From Candidatus Devosia phytovorans (GTDB lineage: Bacteria > Pseudomonadota > Alphaproteobacteria > Rhizobiales > Devosiaceae), in contig CP119312.1 of assembly GCA_029202405.1 (NCBI GenBank), positions 4,070,569 to 4,134,568 on the forward strand: a stretch of DNA of 64,000 nucleotides, read 5' to 3'. The notes under the pieces were generated by a model. That model did not search any database, was not told the DNA's origin, and saw only the letters and a list, made by a program, of their open reading frames with translations. Position numbers and translations under genes: made by a program. Below are positions 1 through 10,127 of the stretch, piece after piece (position 1 is the stretch's first letter; every line of letters starts with the position of its first letter).

Positions 1-78
1 CTCAGTGATGCCTTCCAGCATTGCTGCGGTCTGGCGCGCGGTCTCATCGAGTTCTCTCGCGAGTTTCTGCAGTGACAT
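1..78 (-). CDS. 5' part of a gene divergent from cheD, runs off the window (MSLQKLARELDETARQTAAMLEGITE...); unknown, possibly chemotaxis accessory
   Basis: ATG at 78 and an open frame to the window edge; helical, charged N-terminus; only 26 codons visible. Confidence 0.5.
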   Translation of the reverse strand, partial: MSLQKLARELDETARQTAAMLEGITE

Positions 79-241
79 ACGTATTCGATCCTAGCTTAGT
101 CGGGGCACTCTATATGACTAATTCTAAAGGTGTTCTTGCTGTTTATTTTGGCGGCAAAGAGGTCTGGCCGCGTGGTTAGCAATTGGTAACGAGTGTGCGG
201 CTATGATGAGATAGCCGGCGTATCAGGGTTGCACAGGTTAA

Positions 242-832
242 ATGGGACTGCCGAATTCTCTACCACCCGAGTTTGATCGCGGGGTGGTCACCACCGTCCA
301 TCAGGGCGACTGCCACGTATCTGCCGATGCCGACCTCACCTATTCGACGGTCCTGGGCTCCTGCATCTCTGCCTGCGTACGCGACCGTGTCGCCAATCTT
401 GGCGGCATGAATCATTTCCTGCTCGCCGAACAGTCCGGCTCCGCCAAGGATCGTTACGGCGCATCGGCCCGCTATGGCGCCTTTGCCATGGAACAGCTGA
501 TCAACAAGGTTCTCAGCCAGGGTACCGGCAAGAAATCCAACCTTGAGATCAAGGTGTTCGGCGGCGGCAAGATTAATTCCGCACTGGATGACGTGGGTCG
601 CAAGAATATCGACTTCCTGCGCCAGTTTCTGGCCGACGAAGGTTATGTAGCGATGAGCGAAGACCTTGGTGGGACCTTTGCGCGCCGCGTGCTGTTCAAG
701 CCGCATTCGGGCCGCGCCTTCGTCAAGCGACTGGATAGCGACGTGGGTGCCAATGTGGCGCGCGAGGAAGTCGCCTTTGCTTCGCGCCGCGTCGTGGTGC
801 CAGCGCCGGTGGACGATATCGAACTGTTCTAG
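242..832 (+). CDS. cheD: chemoreceptor glutamine deamidase CheD
   Basis: TVLGSCISAC, GGMNHFLL, KVFGGG, DLGG motifs; C-terminal IELF. Confidence 0.95.
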   Translation: MGLPNSLPPEFDRGVVTTVHQGDCHVSADADLTYSTVLGSCISACVRDRVANLGGMNHFLLAEQSGSAKDRYGASARYGAFAMEQLINKVLSQGTGKKSNLEIKVFGGGKINSALDDVGRKNIDFLRQFLADEGYVAMSEDLGGTFARRVLFKPHSGRAFVKRLDSDVGANVAREEVAFASRRVVVPAPVDDIELF

Positions 833-858
833 AGCCAACCAGACCGCTCCAATTTGAT

Positions 859-898
859 CAGCACCCCGACGCCCAGCGGCCTGGGGTGCTGTTGTTTT
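859..898 (+). terminator. probable intrinsic terminator after cheD
   Basis: CAGCACCCC...GGGGTGCTG stem followed by TTGTTTT. Confidence 0.55.
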
Positions 899-1077
899 GG
901 TCGACGTCTCGGCAATGCTTCGCCTTTTGTGCCAGAACAGGACGAAATTTCACTGCATGACAATCTGATTTAGCGAAGTCTTCCGCGATAACAGTAGTTT
1001 ATAGGTTTGGTTAACCATGTTCGTTTAGGTTTTCAGCATGTTGGATTCCCGTTGCTGAACTGCGAACAAGGCGCTTC

Positions 1078-2595
1078 ATGCCCATTACGCGTCTCGCGAT
1101 CATCTCAGCCCTACCCTGGCTTGGCGCCCTGGCGCTGGCTGCAGGACTGTTGCCGATTCTGGGGGGCGGTGCAGCCTGGCTGGTGTGTCTGTCGCTATTG
1201 ATGATTGTCGCGCTCGGCGTCGCCCTGCTGCTGGCGGCTCGTAGGGCCAGGATGGAGGCCCGAGTCCTCGCCCGGCTGGCTCTGACCGTCGGTCTCACCG
1301 AACGGGCCGATGAGGCTGTCACCATCGATGGAATCATCGCGCGGATGAGCCGGCGGCTGGAAAAGACCCATCAGCTCAAGAGTGCTATCGGGGCCCTGCA
1401 CCTGCCGGCGCTTGTGGTGGATGGTGAAGGTCATATCATCACGGCCAGTATCGGCGTGACCCGCCTCGCCATCGGCGCGGTTGAAGGAGCGACGCTCGAC
1501 GCGCTGTTTGGCGCCGGCTATCTGCGGGCAGGCGGCGGTGCACCCGATGAGGCGCTGGTCGTACTTGGAGGCGCGCGGTTCACCATGGTCAAGCGCAGCC
1601 TCGGCGGGGGCTGGAGCCTGCTCGAACTCAAGCCGACCGGAATGTATATCGAGGAAGACGATCTCGATGCCTTCTCGGCAGCATTGTCGGGCGGGCAGAC
1701 CGGTTTCCGCTTCGAAGCCAAGGCTGTTGCGGCGCAGCCGGTGCTGGCCGCGCTCAACAAGGGACTCGCTGCGCTGGACGACGGCCTGCGGCAACTCGAA
1801 GCGGTGGCGGCGGGCAGCGGCGAACTGCCCGATGCGTTGACCGGTCCGCTTGGCGACCTTGCCGTGCGGCTGAACGATTATACGCGGGCGCTGGCGGAAC
1901 GAGCCGATGACGAACGAGGCTTGCGCGAAAGTCTTGAGAAGAAGCTCGCAACGGTGGGTGGCCTGCTCGAGAGCTTCGAACAGCGTGCGGCGAGCTTCAA
2001 GGCGATCGGTGGCGAGAACGCCGGTGACATGTCGGCGACCGGCAAGGCGTTGGCCGACGGCGGCGGGCGGTTGCGACAGGTGCGGATCATCGGTCACGCC
2101 GTGCAGGACCTGACCAGCGAACTCGACATGGCGGCGCGGCGCACCCAGGCCCTTGTCGGCGATATCGACACGATGACCGGCGAAGTCGACAAGATGGTGC
2201 AGGCCATCGAGGATGTGTCCTTCCGCACCAACCTCCTGGCGCTCAATGCGGCCGTCGAGGCGGCGCGGGCAGGGGAGAAGGGCGCAGGCTTTGCCGTGGT
2301 TGCCGACGAAGTGCGGCAATTGGCGCAAATCACCAATCGCTCGGCCAAAGACATTCGCATGGTTGTGCAGCGCGGGCGGGCGCAGTCGGAGACTGGCAAA
2401 ATAGAAGCACAGTCGCTGCAAAAAATGATCGCCGGTCTGGGCGGGCATTTACGCAATCTAAGCAATGAAACCGATACGGTTGTTTCGACACTGGACGAAG
2501 GTGAAGCGGCTCTGAAGCGTCTCACCGGACGAATGGCGTCGTTTGGCGAAACCCCGGCGCAGACTTCTGCCGCCATTTCGCGGCGACGTGCCTGA
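1078..2595 (+). CDS. atypical methyl-accepting chemotaxis protein (2 N-terminal TMs, PAS-like region, shortened signalling domain)
   Basis: [36 protein letters not shown] hairpin-tip motif; hydrophobic N-terminus. Confidence 0.85.
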   Translation: MPITRLAIISALPWLGALALAAGLLPILGGGAAWLVCLSLLMIVALGVALLLAARRARMEARVLARLALTVGLTERADEAVTIDGIIARMSRRLEKTHQLKSAIGALHLPALVVDGEGHIITASIGVTRLAIGAVEGATLDALFGAGYLRAGGGAPDEALVVLGGARFTMVKRSLGGGWSLLELKPTGMYIEEDDLDAFSAALSGGQTGFRFEAKAVAAQPVLAALNKGLAALDDGLRQLEAVAAGSGELPDALTGPLGDLAVRLNDYTRALAERADDERGLRESLEKKLATVGGLLESFEQRAASFKAIGGENAGDMSATGKALADGGGRLRQVRIIGHAVQDLTSELDMAARRTQALVGDIDTMTGEVDKMVQAIEDVSFRTNLLALNAAVEAARAGEKGAGFAVVADEVRQLAQITNRSAKDIRMVVQRGRAQSETGKIEAQSLQKMIAGLGGHLRNLSNETDTVVSTLDEGEAALKRLTGRMASFGETPAQTSAAISRRRA

Positions 2596-2642
2596 CGGCC
2601 CTCACTGCCGTCCTGAAGGTCGGGGTTATTGGGGTATCAGGT

Positions 2643-3491
2643 ATGGATCAGGGAGAAATCTCCCTCAGCAATCGCGAATTCGAGCGGATCAAGGGCCGGG
2701 TCTATTCAGTGGCCGGCATCTCGCTCAGCGATGCAAAGCGGACACTGGTCGTATCGCGACTGAGCAAGATCGTGCGGGCACTGCGCTTGCCGAGCTTTGA
2801 TGCCTATATCGACTATCTCGAACGCAATGGCAGCGCCAATGACGGGCAGGATTTCGTCAATGCGCTGACGACAAATCTCACGCGCTTCTACCGCGAAGAC
2901 CACCATTTCGATCATCTTCGGACCCATGTCGGCAATCTGATGAGCGAGAGGCCACGCGGCCAACGCTTGCGCATCTGGTCGGCCGGATGCTCGACAGGGC
3001 AGGAGCCCTACACGATCGGCATGGACCTGCTGGCCGCGTTCCCCGAGCTCAAGCGCTGGGATTTCAAGATCCTGGCGACAGACATCGACACGGCGGTGAT
3101 CGCCAAGGCGTCAACGGGCAGCTATCCCGAAAACGAACTCAATGGCCTCAGTTCCGAACGGGCGCGGCGACTGGAAAAGGGCGGTGACGGCACGATCCGT
3201 GTCCCCGCTCCCGTGCGCGAACTGGTGTCGTTCAAGCCGCTCAATCTCATCGGACCGAACTGGCCGATGAAGGGGCCGTTCGACGCCATCTTCTGCCGCA
3301 ACGTCGCAATCTATTTCGACAAGCCGACGCAGGGCGAAGTGTTCAGCCGGCTGGGCAAGCTGCTCGCGCCGGAAGGGTATCTCTATATCGGCCATTCCGA
3401 GAATCTCGGCGCAGGCGGTGAAGGTTTCCGCCTCGTCGGCAAGACGATCTATCAATCCAAACTGAAATTGAACAAACGAGAAGCGGCATGA
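2643..3491 (+). CDS. cheR: chemotaxis methyltransferase CheR
   Basis: LTTNLTRFYRE, IWSAGCSTGQEPY, ATDID, IFCRNVAIYF, GHSE. Confidence 0.96.
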   Translation: MDQGEISLSNREFERIKGRVYSVAGISLSDAKRTLVVSRLSKIVRALRLPSFDAYIDYLERNGSANDGQDFVNALTTNLTRFYREDHHFDHLRTHVGNLMSERPRGQRLRIWSAGCSTGQEPYTIGMDLLAAFPELKRWDFKILATDIDTAVIAKASTGSYPENELNGLSSERARRLEKGGDGTIRVPAPVRELVSFKPLNLIGPNWPMKGPFDAIFCRNVAIYFDKPTQGEVFSRLGKLLAPEGYLYIGHSENLGAGGEGFRLVGKTIYQSKLKLNKREAA

Positions 3492-4537
3492 GCATCAAGG
3501 TCCTGGTCGTCGACGATTCGGCGCTGATCCGTGAAGTGCTGTCGCGCATGCTGGCACGGGATGGGGATATTGTGGTGGTTGGTACCGCCGTTGATCCCAT
3601 GGATGCGCGCGAGAAGATCAAGGCGCTCAATCCCGATGTGGTGACGCTCGACATCGAAATGCCCAATATGAACGGGCTGCAATTCCTCGATAAACTGATG
3701 CGCCTGCGGCCAACGCCAGTGGTCATGGTGTCGACGCTGACCAAGAAGGGTGCGAGCGAAACGCTGCTGGCGCTGGAGCTGGGCGCGGTGGATTTCGTGG
3801 CCAAGCCGAGCGCGGAATTTGACGGCGGGCTCGACGCGTTCGGCGCCAACCTGCGCGACAAGATCCGTGCTGCAGCCAAGTCCGACGTGCGCGGCCATGC
3901 CGTGGGCCGGGCGGAAGCGCCAAAGGTCGCGGTCAAGACCGCGGCAGCGCCGACCGGAGCGCTGATCGCCATCGGTGCCTCGACGGGTGGCGTTGAAGCG
4001 ATCCGGACAGTGCTCAGCCTGATGCCAATCGACTGCCCGCCGATCGTCATTGCCCAGCATATGCCGCCCGGCTTTACCGCCCGCTTTGCCGCGCGCCTTG
4101 ATGAGGTCTGCGGTCTGACCGTGGTCGAGGCCGAGGACCGCATGGTGCTGCAGCCGGGCCATGCCTATGTGGCCAAGGGCGACTATCACCTGCGCGTGGA
4201 GAAGACCTCAGGCCAGCTCAAGACGCGGCTGACGCACGACGAGCTGGAAAGCGGACATCGTCCGAGCGTTGATGTGCTGTTTGCATCGGTCGCCAAGTCG
4301 GTGGGCGCCATGGCTGTCGGGGCGATCCTGACCGGCATGGGCCGGGACGGAGCGCGCGGGCTCAAGATGATGCGCGATGCCGGTGCTTATACGATTGGCC
4401 AGAGCCAGGCCTCGGCGCTGGTCTATGGCATGCCGCGCGTAGCCTTCGAGGAAGGGGCGGTAATCGAGCAGGCGCCAATCGATGCGATTGCCGGCCGGCT
4501 GGCCGCGGCGCTGGTGCGCCTCAAGTCAGCTGCCTAG
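3488..4537 (+). CDS. cheB: chemotaxis response regulator-methylesterase CheB
   Basis: Receiver domain (VVDDS, TLDIEMP) plus IGASTGG, QHMP, HRPSVD, LTGMGRDG. Confidence 0.97.
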   Translation: MSIKVLVVDDSALIREVLSRMLARDGDIVVVGTAVDPMDAREKIKALNPDVVTLDIEMPNMNGLQFLDKLMRLRPTPVVMVSTLTKKGASETLLALELGAVDFVAKPSAEFDGGLDAFGANLRDKIRAAAKSDVRGHAVGRAEAPKVAVKTAAAPTGALIAIGASTGGVEAIRTVLSLMPIDCPPIVIAQHMPPGFTARFAARLDEVCGLTVVEAEDRMVLQPGHAYVAKGDYHLRVEKTSGQLKTRLTHDELESGHRPSVDVLFASVAKSVGAMAVGAILTGMGRDGARGLKMMRDAGAYTIGQSQASALVYGMPRVAFEEGAVIEQAPIDAIAGRLAAALVRLKSAA

Positions 4538-4643
4538 TCACGAACAATACCGATAGCCCGGTTGATAGATTTGTAACGCTTCTTGTCTAATGTTTTCAGG
4601 CAAGTAGGGCCGCGAGGCCAGCGCAAAGAAGGTTGAATACGAC

Positions 4644-5033
4644 ATGCCAAAAGCCAGCGCACTCAGTGTTCTCGTGGTCGATGACCAGCAGTCCATGCGG
4701 GGCATCTGCAAATACATCCTGACCCAGCTTGGTTTCAAGGACATCATCGAAGCCAAGAGCGGCCGTGATGCTTTGGGCAAGCTCGAGAAGGCCAATGTCG
4801 ATCTGATCATTTCCGACTGGAACATGGAAGATATCGACGGGCTGACCCTGCTCAAGGTGATCCGCAAGCATCCGCGCACCCAGGCGATGCCCTTCATCAT
4901 GGCGACCGGCCGCTCGGACAAGGAGCAGGTCAAGGAAGCGATTTCCTTTGGCGTCAATAATTACATCATCAAGCCCTTCGACGCTTCAACCATGAAGAAG
5001 CGCATCGAGGCCGTGATCGGCGCCCTCAGCTAG
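4644..5033 (+). CDS. cheY: chemotaxis response regulator CheY (motor-binding type)
   Basis: VVDDQ, SDWNM, DGLTLLKVIR, NNYIIKPF; 129-aa single receiver domain. Confidence 0.92.
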   Translation: MPKASALSVLVVDDQQSMRGICKYILTQLGFKDIIEAKSGRDALGKLEKANVDLIISDWNMEDIDGLTLLKVIRKHPRTQAMPFIMATGRSDKEQVKEAISFGVNNYIIKPFDASTMKKRIEAVIGALS

Positions 5034-5058
5034 GCGCCTTTGCTGATTGCTTGAAAAC

Positions 5059-5090
5059 AGGCCTCCCTTCCGGGGAGGTCTTTTTGTTTG
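5059..5090 (+). terminator. intrinsic terminator after cheY
   Basis: GGCCTCCC-TTCCG-GGGAGGTC stem then TTTTTGTTT. Confidence 0.8.
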
Positions 5091-5105
5091 CGCGCGATTA
5101 CCTGC

Positions 5106-5120
5106 GTAAGGAGTAGTTAA
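5106..5120 (+). promoter_or_regulatory. CtrA-like box before MCP 1
   Basis: GTAA-ggagtag-TTAA, one mismatch to TTAA-N7-TTAA. Confidence 0.55.
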
Positions 5121-5439
5121 GCCTGCTGCGATAGCGTCGGCACCGTCGGTTCAGGCCGACGGCCTGGGAGGGCTATCGCCGGACGCGCGTCAGCGCGGAA
5201 TGATCATGCCACGAGAGAGGCATGCCAGCGATAGGTGGCATTTGGGGGACAAGGCATTTTACCGGACAAGTATCGCGGATACGGGCCCTCAGGGTCGCTC
5301 GGCCGACCACTTTGGTGATCGATCTCGATGAGGTCCGGAATTGGACATTAACAACGGTCGGAGTCCGATCCGACCCATGTTTGGCAGGGTCGGCAAGACG
5401 CGCGGGAACGCGTCCTGTCGATTCCTTGGGGGACTAACT

Positions 5440-7521
5440 ATGCGCAAGCTTTCTGCCGTCTTAGGCAATATCCGGATGACCACTGCAATTGCGGCGCTGG
5501 TCCTCGTTTCCATCATCGGTTCCATCGCCGCCGTTTCGGGCGCGATCTACATAAACCTGCATGCCGGCTCGATGGAAGACAGCAAGCTGCAACAGGATAC
5601 CAACCTGGCGGTGGCGGCGACGATCCTTGAGCGTCGCATTTCCGGCTCTGTGCTGAACTGGACGCCGGAGGGCACGATGGATGCCTTCCAGAGCTGGGCC
5701 GTGCCTCCCTTTTATGACACCGAGATCATCGACTCGGTGACCCGCGTCACGCGACAGGACGCAACGATCTACGTCGTCGACGCGACGACAAAGGTCATGC
5801 ATGGCAAGACCACGAGCATCGAGGCCGCTGATGGTACGCGGGTGACCGATCTGGTCATCGACCCCGCCGATCCGATCTATGCCACGCTGATGGAAGGTCT
5901 GCCCTATTCCGGCGCGATGCTAGTCAATGGTATCAGCTATTTTGTCGCCTTGCAGCCGATCGAGAAGATGAGCGGCGAAGTGATGGGCGCGATCTTCGTC
6001 GGCACGCCCATGGTCAATATCGAGGCGGCGGCCAATGGTGTGCTCGGGCTGATCCTGATGGTAGGCGGTGGCGTTGTCGTGGTGCTGGGCCTGATCGGCC
6101 TGCTGCTGTCACGCATTATCACTCGGCCGATCCCCAAGCTGGCAGGGTCGATGGAGGCGATTGCCGAAGGCAATTACGCCACTGACGTGCCCTATACAGG
6201 GCTGGGCAATGAAGTTGGTGGCATGGCGCGCGCTGTTGAGGTGTTCCGCCAGAACGGGCTGCGCGTCAGCCAGATGACCGAGGCGGAAGCGGCACGGATC
6301 GTTGCCGAGCAGGAAAGCCGCCAGCAGATGATGAGCGAGCTGCAGTCCGCTTTCGGCGCGGTGGTCGATGCCGCGGTGGCGGGCGACTTCAGCCGGCAGG
6401 TGACGGCAGAATTTCCCGACCCTGAGCTCAACGGCCTGGCCCGCGGCATCAACGAGCTGGTTTCAACCTTCAATCGCGGTGTGACGGAAATGGGCCAGGT
6501 GCTGGGCGCCATGGCCAATACCGATCTGACCGAGCGGATGGAGGGCGATTACCAGGGCGCCTTCGCGACCCTCAAGAGTGACATCAATGCCGTGGCCGAC
6601 AAGCTGACCGAAGTGGTCGGCCAGCTCCGCCACACCTCCGGTTCGCTCAAGACCGCGACGGGCGAAATCCTCTCCGGCGCTAACGACCTGTCCGAGCGCA
6701 CCACCAAGCAGGCCGCGACGATCGAGGAAACCTCCGCTGCCATGGAGCAGCTTGCAGCGACCGTGCTGCGCAATGCCCAGCGCGCCAAGGATGCCAGCGC
6801 CGGCGCCATTCGGGTGACGCGGACTGCCGAAGAGGGTGGTCAGGTGATGGATCAGGCAACTTCTGCCATGGAGCGCATCACGCAGTCCTCGGCCAAGATT
6901 TCCAACATCATCGGCATGATCGATGACATTGCTTTCCAGACCAACCTTCTGGCGCTGAACGCATCGGTTGAAGCGGCCCGCGCCGGGGATGCCGGCAAGG
7001 GCTTTGCCGTGGTTGCTGTCGAAGTTCGTCGCCTGGCACAGTCGGCAGCCTCTGCCTCATCCGATGTCAAGGCGCTGATCGAGCAGTCCGCGGGGGAGGT
7101 CAAGTCTGGCTCCAAGCTGGTCGGGGACGCTGCTGGCAAGCTTGAAGCCATGCTGGATGGCGTGCGCGACAACAACAACCTGCTCGAATCCATCGCCAAT
7201 GACAGCCGCGAACAGGCGTCGGCCATCGAGGAGGTCTCGACAGCGGTCCGGACCATGGACGAAATGACCCAGCACAATGCGGCGCTGGTGGAAGAAACCA
7301 ATGCCGCTATCGAGCAGACCGAGGCGCAGGCGAGCGAGCTCGACCGGATCGTGGAAGTATTCAGGATTGCGCGCGGCGAAACGCCAGTCCGGAGCGCCGT
7401 CGCGCCCGAGCCTGCTCCCCGAGCCGGAGCACGCAACCTGCAGCAGCGCCTTGCTGCCGCTTCGGCTAGTTTCGCGTCGCATGGCAATGCCGCCGTGGCA
7501 GCCGATTGGGACGAATTCTAG
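5440..7521 (+). CDS. MCP 1: periplasmic Cache-type sensor, HAMPs, signalling domain, C-terminal DWDEF
   Basis: Start moved to ATG 5440 (GGGGGA upstream); 2 TMs; [20 protein letters not shown]; tether pentapeptide. Confidence 0.92.
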   Translation: MRKLSAVLGNIRMTTAIAALVLVSIIGSIAAVSGAIYINLHAGSMEDSKLQQDTNLAVAATILERRISGSVLNWTPEGTMDAFQSWAVPPFYDTEIIDSVTRVTRQDATIYVVDATTKVMHGKTTSIEAADGTRVTDLVIDPADPIYATLMEGLPYSGAMLVNGISYFVALQPIEKMSGEVMGAIFVGTPMVNIEAAANGVLGLILMVGGGVVVVLGLIGLLLSRIITRPIPKLAGSMEAIAEGNYATDVPYTGLGNEVGGMARAVEVFRQNGLRVSQMTEAEAARIVAEQESRQQMMSELQSAFGAVVDAAVAGDFSRQVTAEFPDPELNGLARGINELVSTFNRGVTEMGQVLGAMANTDLTERMEGDYQGAFATLKSDINAVADKLTEVVGQLRHTSGSLKTATGEILSGANDLSERTTKQAATIEETSAAMEQLAATVLRNAQRAKDASAGAIRVTRTAEEGGQVMDQATSAMERITQSSAKISNIIGMIDDIAFQTNLLALNASVEAARAGDAGKGFAVVAVEVRRLAQSAASASSDVKALIEQSAGEVKSGSKLVGDAAGKLEAMLDGVRDNNNLLESIANDSREQASAIEEVSTAVRTMDEMTQHNAALVEETNAAIEQTEAQASELDRIVEVFRIARGETPVRSAVAPEPAPRAGARNLQQRLAAASASFASHGNAAVAADWDEF

Positions 7522-7653
7522 CCTTGCTACCGGGTGGTCCGGTAAAAATATCCGGACTGCCGCCTCTCAGTTTTAACAAACAGTCTAGTAAAAACAACAT
7601 TGTAGCTGTCGTTGCATTACGCGCCTATTCCGAAATTATTCCGAACATCATGC

Positions 7654-7668
7654 TAAACTTTCAATTAA
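7654..7668 (+). promoter_or_regulatory. CtrA-like box before MCP 2
   Basis: TAAA-ctttcaa-TTAA. Confidence 0.45.
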
Positions 7669-7745
7669 GTCCCTGCTGGTAATTTGACTCACTAAAGGCG
7701 GTCGGATTACTCGTGCCCGCGCCTGGGTTCTTAGGGGCATAGAAT

Positions 7746-9830
7746 ATGTTCAAGGGTATTTCGCGGTCGTTCAACAATATCAAGTTGACCACGATGATCG
7801 CGGCATTGGTCATCTCGGCCATCATCGTGTCGGTCGCTGCCGTAACGGCTGCGATCTACGTCAACCTCAATGCATCGACGCGAGAGACAGCGGCCAATCA
7901 GCAGGTCGTGAACCTCGAGATGGCGGCGACGATCCTGCAGACCAGCCTGCCCGGCGCCGAGGTGACGTGGACAGCCGATGACCATATTGAGGCGATCCGG
8001 GCCTGGGCCATGCCACAGGAATTCCTCAGCCATGAGATGGTGGATTCCATTGCCCGCGTGACCGGAGAAGCGGCGACGATCTTTGCCTGGGACGAGGCCA
8101 GCCAGGATTTCGTGCGACTCACCACGACCATCTTGGGCAACGACGGCAATCGCATCCTCGGCACATCATTGGGCCAGGCCAGCCCGGCTTATGCGGCGAT
8201 GATGAGCGGCCAGCCATATTTCGGCGAGGCCACGATCACCGGAAAACCCTATTACACGGCCTATCAGCCGATCCTCGACCAGGCTGGCAAGCCGGTCGGC
8301 ATCGTGTTTGTCGGCATCGACCGCAGCAAGATCGATGGCGTCCTCTACAATACGCTGATGATCATGCTGGTCGTCGGCCTGATCACGCTCGCTGTGCTCG
8401 GCACCATTGGCTATGTGTTGTCGCGCATCATGATGTCGCCGGTACCGCGCCTCGCCAAGACGATGAAGCAGGTGGCCGATGGCGACTATGAGCTCGAGGT
8501 GCCCTTCACGCGTCGCGGCAATGAAGTGGGCGAAATGGCGCGTGCTGTGGAAGTATTCCGCGAAAACGGCCTCAAGATCAGCCAGATGACCGAGGAAGAG
8601 CGCGCTGCTGCCCAGCGCCGCCGTATCGAGCGTACCGATATGATGGTGGCGCTGCAGGCGGCATTCGGCGAAGTGGTGGATGCGGCGATTGCCGGCGACT
8701 TTTCCAAGCGCGTGCATGCGCAATTCCCCGATGCCGAACTCAATGCACTCTCGCAAGGCGTCAATTCGCTGGTCGAAACCGTGGATCGTGGCATCGGCGA
8801 AACCGGTGTGGTGCTGGGCGCTTTGGCCAATACCGACCTGACCCATCGCATGCAGGGCGAATACAAGGGCGCCTTTGCCAAGCTCAAGACCGACACCAAT
8901 GCAGTCAGCGAAAAGCTGACCGAGATCGTCGGCAGTGCGCAGCATATTTCCGGCTCGCTGAAGCAGGCGACCGGCGAAATCCTTTCGGGCATGAACGATC
9001 TTTCCGAACGCACCACCAAGCAGGCAGCGACGATCGAAGAGACGTCCGCTGCCATGGAGCAGCTGGCGTCGACGGTGGCCGACAATGCCCGCATGGCGGA
9101 GGATGCCAGCGGCAAGGCGCAGACCGTTTCGCGCAGCGCGACGCAGAGCGGAGAGACGATGAACCAGGCCAATGAAGCCATGGAGCGGATCACGTCGAGC
9201 TCGGCCAAGATCTCCAATATCATTGGCATGATCGACGATATCGCCTTCCAGACCAATCTGCTGGCGCTCAATGCGTCGGTGGAAGCGGCGCGCGCCGGCG
9301 ATGCCGGCAAGGGCTTTGCGGTGGTCGCCGTGGAAGTGCGGCGCCTGGCGCAGTCCTCGGCCGAGGCATCTTCGGAGATCAAGGCGCTGATCGAACAGTC
9401 GTCCGGCGAAGTGCAGGGTGGATCGCGCCTTGTGTCGAGTGCGTCCGAACAATTGTCGGCCATGCTCGCCGCAGTCAACGAGAATGCCAGCATGATGCAA
9501 TCCATCGCCAAGGCCAGCCGCGAGCAGGCGTCGGCCATCGACGAAGTGACGGTCGCCGTGCGCCAGCTCGACGAGATGACCCAGCACAATGCGGCTCTGG
9601 TGGAAGAGACCAACGCCGCTATCGAGCAGACCGAGGCGCAGGCGAGTGAGCTGGACCGTGTCGTTGACGTGTTCACGCTCGATGGTCGTGCGCCCAAGCG
9701 GTCTGCTGCGCCTGTCGCCGCGCCGCCAGTTGCGGCGCCGCGCGACGCCTCGCGCCGAATGCAGTCGGTCAAGCAGAGCTATCTCAGCGACGGCAATGCA
9801 GCGATTTCAAGTGACTGGTCTGAATTCTAG
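7746..9830 (+). CDS. MCP 2: Cache_3/Cache_2-like sensor, C-terminal DWSEF
   Basis: ATIF...FVRLTTT...GNRILGT...YYTAYQPI...GIVFVG sensor pattern; HAMPs; signalling domain. Confidence 0.93.
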   Translation: MFKGISRSFNNIKLTTMIAALVISAIIVSVAAVTAAIYVNLNASTRETAANQQVVNLEMAATILQTSLPGAEVTWTADDHIEAIRAWAMPQEFLSHEMVDSIARVTGEAATIFAWDEASQDFVRLTTTILGNDGNRILGTSLGQASPAYAAMMSGQPYFGEATITGKPYYTAYQPILDQAGKPVGIVFVGIDRSKIDGVLYNTLMIMLVVGLITLAVLGTIGYVLSRIMMSPVPRLAKTMKQVADGDYELEVPFTRRGNEVGEMARAVEVFRENGLKISQMTEEERAAAQRRRIERTDMMVALQAAFGEVVDAAIAGDFSKRVHAQFPDAELNALSQGVNSLVETVDRGIGETGVVLGALANTDLTHRMQGEYKGAFAKLKTDTNAVSEKLTEIVGSAQHISGSLKQATGEILSGMNDLSERTTKQAATIEETSAAMEQLASTVADNARMAEDASGKAQTVSRSATQSGETMNQANEAMERITSSSAKISNIIGMIDDIAFQTNLLALNASVEAARAGDAGKGFAVVAVEVRRLAQSSAEASSEIKALIEQSSGEVQGGSRLVSSASEQLSAMLAAVNENASMMQSIAKASREQASAIDEVTVAVRQLDEMTQHNAALVEETNAAIEQTEAQASELDRVVDVFTLDGRAPKRSAAPVAAPPVAAPRDASRRMQSVKQSYLSDGNAAISSDWSEF

Positions 9831-9853
9831 AATTCACCTGTAAAACGCATGAA

Positions 9854-9882
9854 ATGGGCGCCAGTGGCGTCCATTTTTATTT
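9854..9882 (+). terminator. intrinsic terminator after MCP 2
   Basis: ATGGGCGC-CAGTG-GCGTCCAT stem then TTTTATTT. Confidence 0.75.
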
Positions 9883-9901
9883 GGTGTCAGACCTTTAGTA
9901 T

Positions 9902-9917
9902 TTTACTGGCCATTAAC
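9902..9917 (+). promoter_or_regulatory. CtrA-like box before MCP 3
   Basis: TTTA-ctggcca-TTAAC. Confidence 0.55.
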
Positions 9918-10127
9918 TGCCTTTGCCACAGTGTGACCATCGGACGCAGTAGCAGATTATGGCAGCCACGCCTGGGAAACGGGGCCGCCGGAGGAGCCAG
10001 GCGTTCGTATATTCCATATCCATCCACATATCGTGGCTGCGGATCCGGGCAGGTCTTGCCCCGGAGCGAGGCACCTATTGCCCGTCGATCCCGCCCGCAT
10101 GCCCGTCCAGACGTTCGGAGCCTATCG

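Noticed and set aside
1-78. Naming the edge gene cheZ
   Set aside because: Only 26 residues are visible and the diagnostic phosphatase motif is not among them
9849-10127. N-terminal extensions of MCP ORFs in the track (5341, 9849, 12263, 14756)
   Set aside because: Two (9849, 14756) run through terminator and promoter elements, none resembles an MCP N-terminus, and better downstream starts exist, most with an RBS
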